Assembly: GCF_033153115.1 (NCBI RefSeq)
Contig: NW_026889776.1
Span: 6,014,001 to 6,078,000, forward strand
DNA length: 64,000 nucleotides
From: Saccostrea echinata
Lineage: Eukaryota
Direction: 5' to 3'
Shown here: positions 25,998-39,246 of the stretch, piece by piece
Position numbering within the stretch: the stretch's first letter is position 1
Layout of the letters: the number at the start of each line of letters is the position of its first letter
The notes under the pieces: model-generated
The model's database searches: none
The model's input: only the letters and a program-made list of their open reading frames with translations
What the model was told of the DNA's origin: nothing
Translations under genes and position numbers: made by a program

Positions 25998-27220
25998 AAC
26001 AAAAGGCCCAAGGGCCACACCGCTCACCTGAGCACTGTTGCTGGGGGGGGGGGGAGCAAAAATCAGTTCAGTATTGAAAAGCTTTAATGCATAAGTGGTC
26101 CCGACCTACCCCTGAAAAGGAACGGGGGGGGGGGGTATGATTTGAACAAAATTTAATCTACACTAACTAAAGATGCTTACATATTTCTTTTTCTGTTGCT
26201 TTTTTCCTACAAGTTTGGTCTTTCATTATGGTCCCACCCTACCCCCGGGGGTGATGGTTTGAACAAATCTGAATCTATACTATCTGAGGATGCTCCCATA
26301 TAATTATGATCAATTATAGCTTTGCTGGTCTTGAGAAGAAGATTTTTTTTCGAAAATTTGCCTATGTATTCATATGCATAACTTTAATCATCAATTGTGG
26401 CTCCACCCTATCCCCAGGGGGTCATGATTTTTTTTTTTCAAATATGAATCTGCACTATCTTAGGATACATCCGAATAGATAATAACCAATCATGGTTTTG
26501 CTGTTCTTGAGAAGATGTTTTCTATATATTCCTATATAAAACTTTGATCGTCCATTGTGGCCCCACCCTACACCAGGGGGTCATGACTTGAACAAACTTG
26601 AATCTACATTTCCTGAGGATGCTTCCACATTAAATGACCAATCATTGCTTCGCTGTTCTAGAGAAGGAGATTTTTAATTTTTTTCCTATATACTCCTATG
26701 TAAAGCTTTGATTGTCCATGGTGGCTCCACCCTACCCCCAGTGTTCATGATTTGAACAAAATTGAATCTAGACCACTTGAGGATACTTCCATATAAATAT
26801 GACCAATCATGGCTTTGCTGTTCTTGAAAAGAGGATTTTTTGAAGATTTTTGCTTTATATTCCTATATAAAACTTCGATCGTCCGTTGTGGTCCCATCCT
26901 ACCCCCGGTGGCCATTATTTAAACAAATTTTGATTCACACTACCTGAAAATGATTCCACTTGAGTTTTATCTTTCCTGGCCCAGTGGTGCTTGAGAAGAA
27001 GATTTTTAAAAGATGCCATTAGTTTTTCACTAATTTGTAATTATCTCCCCTTGGAAGAAGACGTGGCCCTTCATTTGAACAAGCTTGAATTCCATTTACC
27101 CAAGGATACTCTGTGCGAAGTTTGGTTGAAATTGACCCAGTAGTTCTCGAGAAGAAGATGAAAATGTAAAAGTTAACGACAACGACGACAAACAACGGAC
27201 AAATTTCGATCAGAAAAGCA
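25998..27220 (+). mobile_element. Cg170-bearing HINE, ~5 monomers, right terminus clipped
   Basis: Begins ACAAAAGGCCCAAGGGCCACACCGCTCACCTGAGC; collinear with 1360-2580; stops at GATCAGAAAAGC. Confidence 0.8.
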
Positions 27221-28204
27221 TTATACCATTTGTATATTTATTTGTATATATACATTTTTAATGATATTAAGTCCAATGTTGTATTTAATTGAGATTATTA
27301 ATGTAAATACATGTCAAGCGATAAATTGACAATACTGAACAAAATCTGTAAACAAGAAGCTCAAGGGCCTTAACGGTCACTTGATAATCCTTGGCACTTG
27401 TGAAAGGGATTTTATAATTAAGGTTAAGGCTCCCTTGTTTCATCATAACATGCATTAAGTTTGTCTGCTTAATATTCAGACGCAGAGAAGGACTTTTAGA
27501 GAATTTGTGCATTTTCATTACCCTAACAACAGAACCCCTGACACTAGAGCATGCTTATTCCAAACAATTATAACTTTGAAGAAAAGATAGATGTTTGCAA
27601 GTATGACACTTGTCCGATAATTTTTAATACGATATTATGTTTACAAAAGTCCATTTTTGTTTACTTCAGAATGCATTGTTTCTCCAGAACTTTCATTGTT
27701 TTCAATAAAAGACAATTGACAATGAATGTTTGCTAGTTGTGCATTAAATATGCAGTCAAGTGTTATTGCATATAAAGATCGATAGCTAAGAGATAATTGA
27801 AAGTTTAGAATTTTCAACATTTCCTTCTATTGAAAATAATTTTACAAAAAGATATCTTATTACTTCCTGAATAAGACTACAACGATCTGTCTATTATTAA
27901 TGATCCCGTTTATTTTTACGAGGAAATGTAATTGATATACATGGATATACAATATCCTGGTATGAAATTGTATTACAAACTTAAATCATACAAAATATTG
28001 TAAAACTGTTTATAAGTTTAAATAGACATTGTCATTGATTGATAAAAAAGAATCTTTTGAGAGATAAATTCTTAAATAAAAAGGATTCAAATCTTGAAAA
28101 AAAGGACTGGTCCCGTTCTGTTGTATAAATTCATAGAAATAATTACAAAATGGCATTATTTGGCATTATTTTCTGGCATTTTGTTCTTGAGCTTATCGAT
28201 TTCA

Positions 28205-28205
<1 letters not shown>

Positions 28206-28239
<34 letters not shown>

Positions 28240-29142
28240 GTTTCTGATCACCCGTTGTCCGTCGTCCGTCTGTAAAGTTTTCACATTTTCAACTTCTTCT
28301 CAAGAACCACTGGGCCAATTTTAAGCAAACTTGGTACAAAGTATCCTTGGGTGAAGGGAAGTTTAAATTGTTAAAATGAAGGGCCAAGTCCTCTTCAAAG
28401 GGGAGATAATCAAGAAAAGACAAAAATTGGGTGTGGTCATTAAAAAAATCTTCTCCTCAAGAACCACTGAGCCAGAAAGGCTGAAACTTATGTGGAAGCA
28501 TTCTGAGGTAGAGTAGATTCTAAATTGTACAAATCATGACCCCCGGGGTAGGTCGGCGCCACAATAGGGAATCCAAGTTTTACATTAGAATATGTAGTAA
28601 AAATCTTTAAAAATCTTCTCAAGAACCACTGGGCCAGAAAGGCTGAAACTTATGTGGAAGCATCATTGGGAAGTGTAGATTCTAAATTGGTTAAATCATG
28701 ACCCCCGGGGGTGGGGCGGGACCACAATAGGGAATCCAAGTTTTACATTGAAATATGTAGTAAAAATCTTAAGAAATCTTCTTCCCAAGAACCACTGGAC
28801 CAGAAAGGCTGAAACTTATGTGGAAGCATCATTGGGGTAGTGTAGAAGTAATTGTTCGAATCATGACCCCCGGGGATAGGACAGAGCCACAATAGGGAAT
28901 CCAAGTTTTACATTGAAATATGCAGAAAAAATCTTTAAAATCTTCTTCTAAAGAACCACTGGGCCAGAAAGGCCGAATCTTAATATGTGGAAGCATCCTG
29001 GGGTAGGGTAGATTCTAACTGGTCAAATCTTGACCCCTGGGGGTAGGGCAGGGCCACAATAAGAACTACAAGGGGGGATCAGGTGAAAAACAGCAAGGCC
29101 AAAGTTACTCAGGTGAGCGTTGTGGCCCATGGGCCTCTTGTT
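28206..29142 (-). mobile_element. HINE element in opposite orientation with ~4 tandem ~165-bp monomers, inserted in a T-run
   Basis: TTTTAGCTCACCTGAGCTGAAAGCTCAAGTGAGC ... CAGGTGAGCGTTGTGGCCCATGGGCCTCTTGTT; AAGAACCACTGGGCCAGAAAGGCTGAAACTT repeated; flanks match the uninterrupted 51098-51170. Confidence 0.85.
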
Positions 29143-30379
29143 TTAGTTTGCAAACTCTCTGAGACATTTCTATGTCATGGATATACGGACAGATCTTCAC
29201 AACACTCTCTCAATTAACAAGGTACTTACTAATCTGTTAAAATATTTAGTAAATCTAGATATTTTAACTTAGGAAATCTGTCAGGTATATTGAAATCACT
29301 TAATGAAAACTCGATATAATAATCGTTGCAAATAATAATAATAAAAAATAGGACATAGTGCTGTCTGAATTGCAAAAGTGAATTTCTTTTTCTTTTTTTT
29401 AACGATTTAACAAGAGACAAATGGACAATAACAGTCACCTGTGTAATACTTTGTAAGTTTGTTATTATGTCTTTCGTGTTTGTTCTCTATTATCTAGTTC
29501 TTTAAACTTGAGAACCCTTATACATACTCCATTATGTCTGACAAAGAATGCCTAAGACAGTTTAAAAATATATATAGGAATATTTCTTTGGTTTGAAGCC
29601 TTCTTTTAGGAAGATTTTCAATTCACACATTTTACAGATCCTAATCCAGTATAAACTGTGACACCGCAAATCGTAGCTACCCTTGCAAAAAGCAAATATT
29701 AAAGAGGTCCGTTTTATACACACACACTCACCATTCACATTAAAGAAACAATCAAACAGTTGCTCGTGAAAGGCAGAATTTTAAACTTTTTTTCACGTTT
29801 GTATGGTTAACTGAAAATGATTCCATTTAATCTACACCAAAACAGAATATTATTCAATATAAATAAAGCTTTGTAATTCATTATTGTTATAGCAATGACA
29901 AAATACTTTTTCATGATAAGAATACATTGTTTAAAAAAACGCACTCAATAAGTTCATTTTACTCTTATTACTGTGATTTTGAACTTGAATGGAATGTTTG
30001 AGCTGGAATTGGGAAAAGTACTGAGAATAATCTTTGAGAAGAAATTCCTGTTATTAAATATATAAATGTTAAAATGATGGTTTATTAAATTCCTTTTTAC
30101 TTAGCAGAACATGCAAAACATTTTTGAAATAAGATTTCGCTATTCGTCGTCGAGGAAAGAAGAATTTAGAACCCCAATGTACAGAACTGGATATTCAAAA
30201 AGGAGAACAATAACGCTAAAAAAAAATTTTTAAATTATATCTGTGATTGCAACGCACAAATAACAGAAAAACAAGAAAAATAGTAAAAGGACTGCGAATT
30301 ACTCACCTACTGACTCACTCACTAAAAAAAAACCCACAAGCGTGTCTCGATATAAAATTTAGACCTACTTTCGGCAATC

Positions 30380-30955
30380 AGACCCATTGCGCAGTGAGGG
30401 TTCTTAATCGTGCCAACGCCTGTCCTGACACTTGACACATGACATGGGTCCTCCGCTTTTAGGAGTTTATCCGAAGGATCCATGACTTTCACTTCTTGGC
30501 GAAGGAAAAGTCAATATCTTTGTCTACGTTTTAGGTATGGCGCGGCACGGTGAACGAGAATCGAACCCGGTCCTCCCGATCAAGAAATGAACGCTCTACC
30601 ACTAGGCTACTGTGACCGGTGTGAATCTGATATATGTACTGTAAGTGGTAGGTATAATCCAATTCTATCGAAGAAATAGGGTTTTTATTTGTTTGTATGT
30701 TTTACGTCTTTTCTTGAATTTTTCATTCATATTGAGATGCCACCGCCGTTGAAGGCTGCAAATTTAGAACTGTACTCGACACTTAAGCAGTAAGGGATAT
30801 TTTTCTTGCATGTAACGACTGCGAAAAGGGACCTCAGTTTATACGGATTCATCCAAATGATCGCTTTCCACGTCCAGTAGTGGATTCGAACCCGTGAGGT
30901 AACTACTTACTCAGCGAATCTAGAGCAAACGTTCTAACCACTGCGCCACGCGGAC
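30380..30955 (-). mobile_element. Two adjacent decayed SINEs (older type ~30380-30620; family A ~30685-30955)
   Basis: Bodies and tRNA heads homologous to 3325-3505 and 3590-3874. Confidence 0.7.
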
Positions 30956-31366
30956 TGTGTTTTTTTTTATTCGAATCATATGAAGGTATTGGCATAAAAC
31001 TAAAATTATTATAATTCTAAATCTTATGTTAAGTTTATTTGAATTGAAGTAATTGAAACCCATTGCGATATTGGAGAACAATTAATTTCTTATTCATTGA
31101 TAAAATCACTGGAGACATTTATTTAGTAAAGAACAAAGATCACTGAGGGCCCTTTTTGGCCCTGTGAATTTCTGAAAAACTGAAACTGCTTAGTTTGAGT
31201 GACAGTGCATTAAATTTCATTTAGACATTTGGCGATTGCGAATCTACCAAAAATGACGTAATTTTCTGGCTAGTCAATGCATTATGACGTCATGAAATGC
31301 GTCATTTTCCTAATATCCTGAACAATTCTACAAAAACAGCCAATTTTTAAAGCTATTTCTCTCTGA

Positions 31367-31533
31367 NNNNNNNNNNNNNNNNNNNNNNNNNNNNNNNNNN
31401 NNNNNNNNNNNNNNNNNNNNNNNNNNNNNNNNNNNNNNNNNNNNNNNNNNNNNNNNNNNNNNNNNNNNNNNNNNNNNNNNNNNNNNNNNNNNNNNNNNNN
31501 NNNNNNNNNNNNNNNNNNNNNNNNNNNNNNNNN
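31367..31533. other. Assembly gap
   Basis: Run of N. Confidence 0.98.
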
Positions 31534-32386
31534 CCTAATCCATAACTTTAGGAATTTCCACTAAAGACAAGTCAAATAGTGTTTCAAATATATGTATTAT
31601 ACATAAAAGTTACAACAGATCAGTTCACTGGAATTCGACTTCAGTGGGTTCCTGGTACGACATGTACGCACTCCCTCTCTCGGGACCTACTCAAGTAGAA
31701 ACAATACACAATATCAAGTTACAAGTTTTTACACAAATGATTTACCATACATTTACAAATCATTTAGCTTAGCACTTAGCATAGCATATAGCATTAAGCA
31801 GTACTGAGTTTATACACACTTGCACTTAATTACCCTGTACACTTATATATCCTACACATACTCAAGTCACAATACACTCAAATATATGCAAAATGCGTTT
31901 TTGAAACGTTACAAAACGGAACACCTTACTATAAAACCAGCGAACATTTACTACTAACAAAACTATTTATAGAAACGCAAACTTTACAAACACTATTAAC
32001 ACAATAAACAATTACAACTTTTACTGAATACTAAACACTATAAAAGCATGCTATTTGAACAAAGTTATCCAGGATCTTGAAATTAACAAAAACTGAATTA
32101 AAAGAATAAATAAAACTTGTACTCACCCCAGAAGCTGAGTGTCTGTATCAAAGGTATTTCATGCTTATGAACTTTTATAAAAATGAACTCAAATGACTAT
32201 GGAATTCGCACTATCATATTAACCATTTGAAACCCGTGCATGTTGTAGCGTAACACGGCAAGAAGAGAAAGAATTACTCAGCTGTGTCCATTAAATAGCC
32301 TTAAAGAAATGGGGCTCCATAAAGGATTCAAATAAAAGAGGTCCCCTACAGGATAACTGAGTATTATGCAAATGTAGATAAAATCA

Positions 32387-32414
32387 TATATATATATATA
32401 TATAGAGTAAATGT

Positions 32415-32457
<43 letters not shown>
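32387..32457. repeat. Interrupted (TA)n microsatellite
   Basis: Direct reading. Confidence 0.9.
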
Positions 32458-32461
<4 letters not shown>

Positions 32462-32495
32462 CACTAAAAATGACCAACGACACGGACAATAATAA

Positions 32496-32536
32496 TTGTC
32501 AAATTTTGGGGACGACCTGTCCCTTCCTCAGGACAA
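32496..32536 (-). ncRNA. Minimal type-I hammerhead-ribozyme-like motif (one core substitution) at a putative Penelope-like element end
   Basis: Minus strand TTGTC-CTGAGGA-A-GGGAC-AGGTC-GTCCC-CAAA-ATTT-GACAA; stems I and II pair perfectly; next to a (TA)n tract. Confidence 0.55.
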
Positions 32537-32746
32537 AGAAAAAAGTTAGGAAGTCATAAAAACAAAGGAAATACAGAAGCAAAAACAACTAACATTACTA
32601 CTAAACTACCAAACACTAAATATTTACAATGTTACATGTTTAATTTGGAGTTTATAAACAGTTGTGAACAAAGAAATCCGGAGCGCTATGAATTGCGTCC
32701 GGTCTATCGGGTGTACTCTGGTGAAGATTGATTTACATAATTGAAC

Positions 32747-32901
32747 NNNNNNNNNNNNNNNNNNNNNNNNNNNNNNNNNNNNNNNNNNNNNNNNNNNNNN
32801 NNNNNNNNNNNNNNNNNNNNNNNNNNNNNNNNNNNNNNNNNNNNNNNNNNNNNNNNNNNNNNNNNNNNNNNNNNNNNNNNNNNNNNNNNNNNNNNNNNNN
32901 N
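32747..32901. other. Assembly gap
   Basis: Run of N. Confidence 0.98.
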
Positions 32902-33038
32902 GCTTGCTTGAAGCTCTTTTGTTATTCAACCTGGTTTCGGATCGTATTAAAGAGTCCATTTAAACATCGGTTTGCTACAGGAACTCTGATCATTTTTAAT
33001 AATCGTTATCTTAACTTCACTCTCGATAGTGCTTTGTA

Positions 33039-33353
33039 ATGTTTGGACTTAAAAACATTTTATTAATTTGTGCGACGAACTGTGTCATATCTGAAAATAC
33101 TGATAACATCAACAATATACAAGTAACCGCACCAGGCCAATGTATCAAGACAAACAAAGTAATAAAAGTCTTTACTATCATTGGACAAAAACAGTGTGTT
33201 CGAAAATGTTTACGGAATGGTCAATGTCAATCTGTTAACTATCGAAGACAGCAACTCAATTGTGAACTAATTGCAGCAAAATTCGGAGATTCGGAAACTT
33301 CTTTAATTCTGGATTCAGAATGTGACTATATTGAAATGGAAAATCAGCCAAAG
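33039..33353 (+). CDS. Copy 3, exon 1: signal peptide + PAN/Apple domain
   Basis: ATG at 33039; PAN Cys pattern; AAG|GTTAGA donor; 315 nt. Confidence 0.88.
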
Positions 33354-33496
33354 GTTAGAATTGATTTAGCATTGTCCCTCGGGCACCATAAAGAAGCCCT
33401 GTAAATCTTTCTCTTGTGTTGACTGTGGAATTAATATATATGATGAAGATGAGGGGAACATTGTCTTCTAACAGAATCACAAAAAATTTTAGTATA

Positions 33497-34228
33497 CGCA
33501 TGTGAGTTAAGGCTAGATACAGGCGCTTCTATGCAAATGAGCTAATGAAAAACGCATAAAAGGTATATTTAATATTCAGAGAAAGGGTTGATTTATTTTC
33601 TTAGGCATACTTAGTACCCACGATATATTATAGCCAGAGCACATTATGACGTCATATTATGACGTCACTGATCTTACCCACTGGATATTATGAAACACAT
33701 CAACAAAGCAGCTTCGGCGCAAGGGATTACCCTATTTATTTTTACATAAAAATTGTATAATGCTAAGAAGAATATTTTATAGATTATTAAAACTACTGCA
33801 CAAATCCTAGGCATTTTCTCATTTGATCGGAATTTGAGGAAACTTATACCGGACTGTACATTTTTACCCTTATTCAATTTAAAACTTTACAAAAAGAAAT
33901 TATACAACGGAGCTGTTGATATTTGTGCAGCAATACCAGCAAACTTTGGAATATTTTGCTTCTTAATGTACCTTGTTTCAGTTAAATAAAATAGAGCATG
34001 CCCTTGCGCCGAAGCATTTTTGTTGATATCCATTATAATCTTGTGTAGTAAAGAACAATGACGTCATAATATGACGTCATAATGTGTACTAGCTATCTCA
34101 TGTCGTGGGTACCAAATATGTATTAGACGATAAGTTTTAACTTTCTGTGTGTAATAGATATAGTCCTTAGGCATTTTAATTAGATTATTTGCATAGAAAT
34201 GCCTATACCGAGCCTTAACTCACCTGCG
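33497..34228. mobile_element. Foldback-like MITE with long imperfect inverted arms (intron 1 of copy 3)
   Basis: TA|CGCATGTGAGTTAAGGCT ... AGCCTTAACTCACCTGCG|TA; inner arms GTACCCACGA...ATTATGACGTCATATTATGACGTCA mirrored at 34058-34112. Confidence 0.8.
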
Positions 34229-35735
34229 TATTGTTTTATTAAGGCAGATATGAATTTAAGTATAATTTAAAACAAATGTTGAATCTGATAAAAATAAATT
34301 TGAGGCACCGAGGGCAAAATATATCACACCATCACCTCAGTGCATTCCTTTAATTGAACTGGACATGCATTGTTTTCGATCGTCAACTAACCTTATTTGT
34401 GTAGTAGAATTCTGCTATCACCTACATACAATGTTTGTGTCTTCTTAGTATTTGATACTTAAGAACATGCTCTGATAATGATCAATTCTCAACCTGGGCT
34501 GGCTATTGGCGAATAAGTTGAGGCTTACAAGATTTCAACAACACCTTTTAAAGTGAGTAAGCGTCTAGGATTAGGCTGTCCGTAAAATATCACAGTGTAC
34601 CAGCTGTAGCTTCTTCTCGGAACTACCTAGATATGACCTCATAATAGCATATAACATCAATTAACAGCAAATTTGAGCCGACATGACATTATGTTTTTAT
34701 TCCTTTATCCTGTCTGATATACTGCGTATTCAAACAATACCAAAAAGTAAAATGTGAAATGTCCCCATTACACGTCCGTATATAGAATTAGAATTTATAA
34801 ATCGTGTATATCTTAGACTGGCACTGGTGATGAGTAAGGATAAATTGAAGATATGCTGCGTGAATATATAAGCGATTTATATGCTCTAACTGAATCTTGC
34901 TGGGGGATGAAGAGTAAAAAATGCCCTCATGTATTTTGTTTAGTTGAAGTAAAATTCAGACTTGCCCGAAGCACTTTATATATACAATCAAATACGAAAA
35001 ATTGACTTGTGTAACAAAACGTTCAAAAAATTTTGTTGATCACTTGTGCCGATGCAATGTGCAACATTGCGGGAAAATGTGATCAACAAAGTTATGTGAC
35101 ATCACCAAAAAGGTTTTATTATAATATCTGATAAAAAATTAAACTCTCTTCGCATATTGGCTCTTCATGTATCTAAGGTTTGCAAATTGAAATCAAAAGC
35201 TAGTTCTAAATAAAGGATAATGTTTCTAATGCATATTATAACTTCGGACGGCCTTAAACACAGCTGTGAATACATAGGGCTAATGGTGGATATGACCGAT
35301 TGACAGGGGATGCTTACTTTTTTTAAGTATCTTATCCCACCTTTGGAATTTCCGGGGAGGGGCCCCTGTTCACAGATTTGTATTTTTGTAGTATTTTTTT
35401 TAGATTGATAACTGTCCCTTTATCTTCACCTTTTTTCGATATTTTCATCAGGTTGTAGATTTCAAGAAACCCAGAAAAATAAAAGAAGCTGACAAAATTG
35501 TTACAGCTGAAATTCTGTGTATTTTGATTACAAATTAGATTTCTTTCTGTAAATTCATTAGTGTTACATGTAAGGTAGATTTCTATGTGAATGTAGAGAA
35601 GATGATGAATCTGAAAATTTTAAGGAAAACTTGTCTTTATTTGTAGTTGAAAAACGCGAAATTTAACACTAGTGAAACTTTATATTTGCTAATCTTATTA
35701 AGATGTGTAATAAACTACTAGTTGGTATTTTCCAG

Positions 35736-35820
35736 GGGCTAGCAGGATCTTGTAAGTCAACATCTTGCAAAGGGCAGTGTTCTGCACTGAGTAGCGGAAA
35801 AACAGCCTGTATTCAAGATC
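35736..35820 (+). CDS. Copy 3, exon 2: Cys-rich linker (GLAGSCKSTSCKGQCSALSSGKTACIQD)
   Basis: TTTTCCAG| acceptor, |GTAAGT donor, 85 nt, phase 0 to 1. Confidence 0.87.
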
Positions 35821-38800
35821 GTAAGTACACTTATGATTTTCCTTGTTCTGAGCACATATTCCAAACTTTGCAAGGAGCTTTTTAAGCATTTTTGTAAAAC
35901 ATTTTTACATATCTTGGACACAAAATTGAAAACTGCTTACTTACTTTCAATCAAGAATAAAAACCCACCAGGCGTTGAATAATAAGGGAATTTATAATTT
36001 AAAGGTGGGGGGATCAACGAGAAATATGTTGCTATAAAAACATAGCTACACAATCTTCATCAGTAATTAGTAGATATGATACGTTCATTTCAAAATTGCA
36101 ATGTACATTTGTATATGCTGCGTAAACATCGTGGAACTATTCCTAACGTAACTTATTGTGTAAATAGAATGTGGTTTCATTGCAAGATTTTAGAGCAAAC
36201 ACTTCCGATTAAAGAGCTGGGTACGTTAAGACCGATTTACGGCCCTGTAAAATCTGCAAAAATTAAACGCACGATTACATTCTATTAATTGTATCAATTA
36301 ACTGTTAAGGTTTCTCTGTTTGTAAAATAAAAATAAATTTTTCTCAACTCACGTGCCCTTTCATTTATATAACGTTCAAAACCGGTCTAATATTCCGGAA
36401 TTCCCCTATTTTGGACGTTTTCCTCCTCTTCAAGTCTATATTTCGACATGGCCGCATCCGAGTATGTATGCGAAACTTTGCAGAAAGAACAAATTCACTA
36501 CGATTTTTAATATTAAAGAGAAAAAACAACCTTACAAAAGTGCGGCCACATCCGTTTTTACAAAAAATTGAAGTAAAAAGTGCTGCATTTTTGGATAGAC
36601 GTCACCTTTTCTCCACAATAAAATCTATATTTTTAAAGAAATTAATTGTTTAATTCTATATCTGAAGGCTTAATTATTTTTTATTGTCTTTTAAATTCAA
36701 TTCTGCATTTGAAAAAAAAAATTAATACAATTATTTATGCAAATGAAAACCATATGAACCTTTCTCAGTGAAATTTACTATGGGACATTATATGTAAATT
36801 AGTGACGCAATGCATTGAAAAATATGACGTCACAAAGAGCAATCATGTTGAAACTATGTACTTGAAACAGATTCTTCAGTCTTCGCAACTATGATAAATA
36901 TTCAATCAATATTTACAGCGTGAAAAAATAATTTAACGACATAAGTTAGGATGGTTCAGACAATCAATTTACATTTAACCCTACATGTACCTCCAATTGG
37001 AACGCGCGTCTCCTTCATAATGGACATTGTCTTTATTTGACTTCAAGAAAAGATTATTTTTAACATTTTTATTGAAAATCATCAGCTTTCTTAAGTATGT
37101 TTTATTCGTTTTCAATTTATATATGTCTGGGATTCATGAATGTCAAAAGACAATAGCTAATGACTGGGGCGGGGAAAGGGGGGGGGGAGGTAAATGGGAA
37201 GCTTGGCGTACAGCAGTCACCATTTGAACATTTCTTTTCAAAACTTTTTATCCTTGTCACTGTATTGTTGCAGTTTTTATTTGACAAAATTAATTATGTC
37301 AGAAAGGATTCTAGTGTTTTATCGCATAATCAGGAAGTGTACATGACCAAATACTTCTAAATCTGCCACTGCCGACCTACATTTACTTATTGAAGGTCAA
37401 GAGCTTGGAATGGAAAAGTTCTTACATGTATTTACACTTATTAATTATATATACATTTATCATGCTGATCGGAATATTGACATCAGTGTTTTCAAGTAAA
37501 TCCGGGTTTAATTTATAATTCACAAGGAATTTTAGATAATTACCTTGACCAAGTTTATAAAGCTTAAAAAACGTATACATTGGTGTACGCTTTCGGTATT
37601 TTCTATGAAAATTTAAGTGAAACATGATACAATCAACCTTTTTTATTGTTATAAATAAAGATTATCTGTTCCCAGTTCTGTAAGAAATGCAAACACGATC
37701 TTGCATTACTTGTGTACAAGACACCCCCCCCCCCCTTTCCGCTCCAAAATCGATGGTTTAACTCGTTTTTTTTTTTTCAGAAATTGTTTTCCTAATACAT
37801 TTTTAAGGCATTCCAAGTCTTGAAATGAAAAAAAGAAAAAAAAGATTACTCTATAGATATTTATCTATATAAAAAACGAATGTACATATTAACTACACGT
37901 ACACTATTGTTAATCTTGAAGTAAGTGAGTATTTTTAAAAGGATTTTATCCAGATTATCCATGAAATAATACTAATATATTTCATAGGAAATATGTTTAG
38001 TATTCCAATAGATGTTCATCGGGGCTGGAGGAGCGTCCTGTCCAACATCACCTCTGTGAAAACGGTGCACATTATTATTAAATTTTAAAGATTCAACGTC
38101 TGTCTATGATGATAATCCAGAAAAAAAACAAATTAAAAGTATTTTATCGTTACTACAAGGACAAATGCACAGAATTGCGAAGGAAATGCCCCAGAGAGTT
38201 AATGTACCCAAAGGAAGTGATAAAATTATCATTGTAACCGAAATATATCAAATATCTTGCCTACGGCGGTGTAACATGTAAACATAGGGAGGAGTTCTAA
38301 AGAAAATCTTTATCTATTTTAATGCAGTTGTTGTCTTAGTAAATGACTAGATGTATCGTCTCGCAATTCATGTCAGCAGTTTGTTAGGTATATTTTTTTA
38401 AGATTTTTTTTTTTATCAGACACTTACATGAAAAAGAAACATAATCAAGCTAGTGTTATAATCCGGGAATGGCAAGGATAACTCTATAAAGAAGCAATGT
38501 GACGTGTTTTGCGCAATGTTCCCACAAGTAACAAAATAACACCATATTTCGTATAATTTGATAACTGAACTAGAAATAAAATCTCTATGTAGCTTATAAA
38601 AAGGGACGTGAAAGTGAATTTTGATTCTTCTATGTGAGTGTTCTGTTATTCTGCATTTCGATTATTTGTATTTTGTCTCTATGTAAATAGAAGTGGGGGG
38701 AGGGGTTACTGATAATCAAGTTATACATGTACTATAATGAGTACCAATAAAAAATTATATCAAGAATTTGATTTAAAGATAAATACACCCCTTTCCATTT

Positions 38801-39246
38801 CCTTTGGCTCCCCACTCGACTGTGACCGTTGGTCGATCTTTTACTGATCGATATCAATGGAAGTGGCTGCCGTTTCATGCTGCATTGCTTTGAAGAGGAC
38901 ATGCGCATATTTTCATAGCTGACGTGGATTAACTCTATATGTAAATCATACACATAATATTATATCCTTATTTTTATAACTTTTAGTTTTTTAGGGAATT
39001 ATGTCAGAGTGTACTACAGGCTTCTGAATCCCTTCCCGAGAATTCGTGTGCATTTCCTGTCGAATTCACTACGCAGATTTAGGCATATAATTTTCGATTT
39101 TGTTAATCAAATAATGAGTATGTACATGCAAAGTACTGTATTCGTCTCTAAAATTAAATTATTAGCATTGGCTATATAAAATATTTTGTTCGTCGAAAAA
39201 TTTTTCAAGTTCTGTAACACAAGTTATGATAAGGCTAGCTGCAATA

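Noticed and set aside
31590-32418. Possible solo LTR (TGT...ACA)
   Set aside because: No TSD, PBS or second LTR; bounded by a gap and (TA)n, so not supportable
32624-33039. ORFs containing X runs (also near 39186 and 46540)
   Set aside because: Artefacts of reading through N gaps
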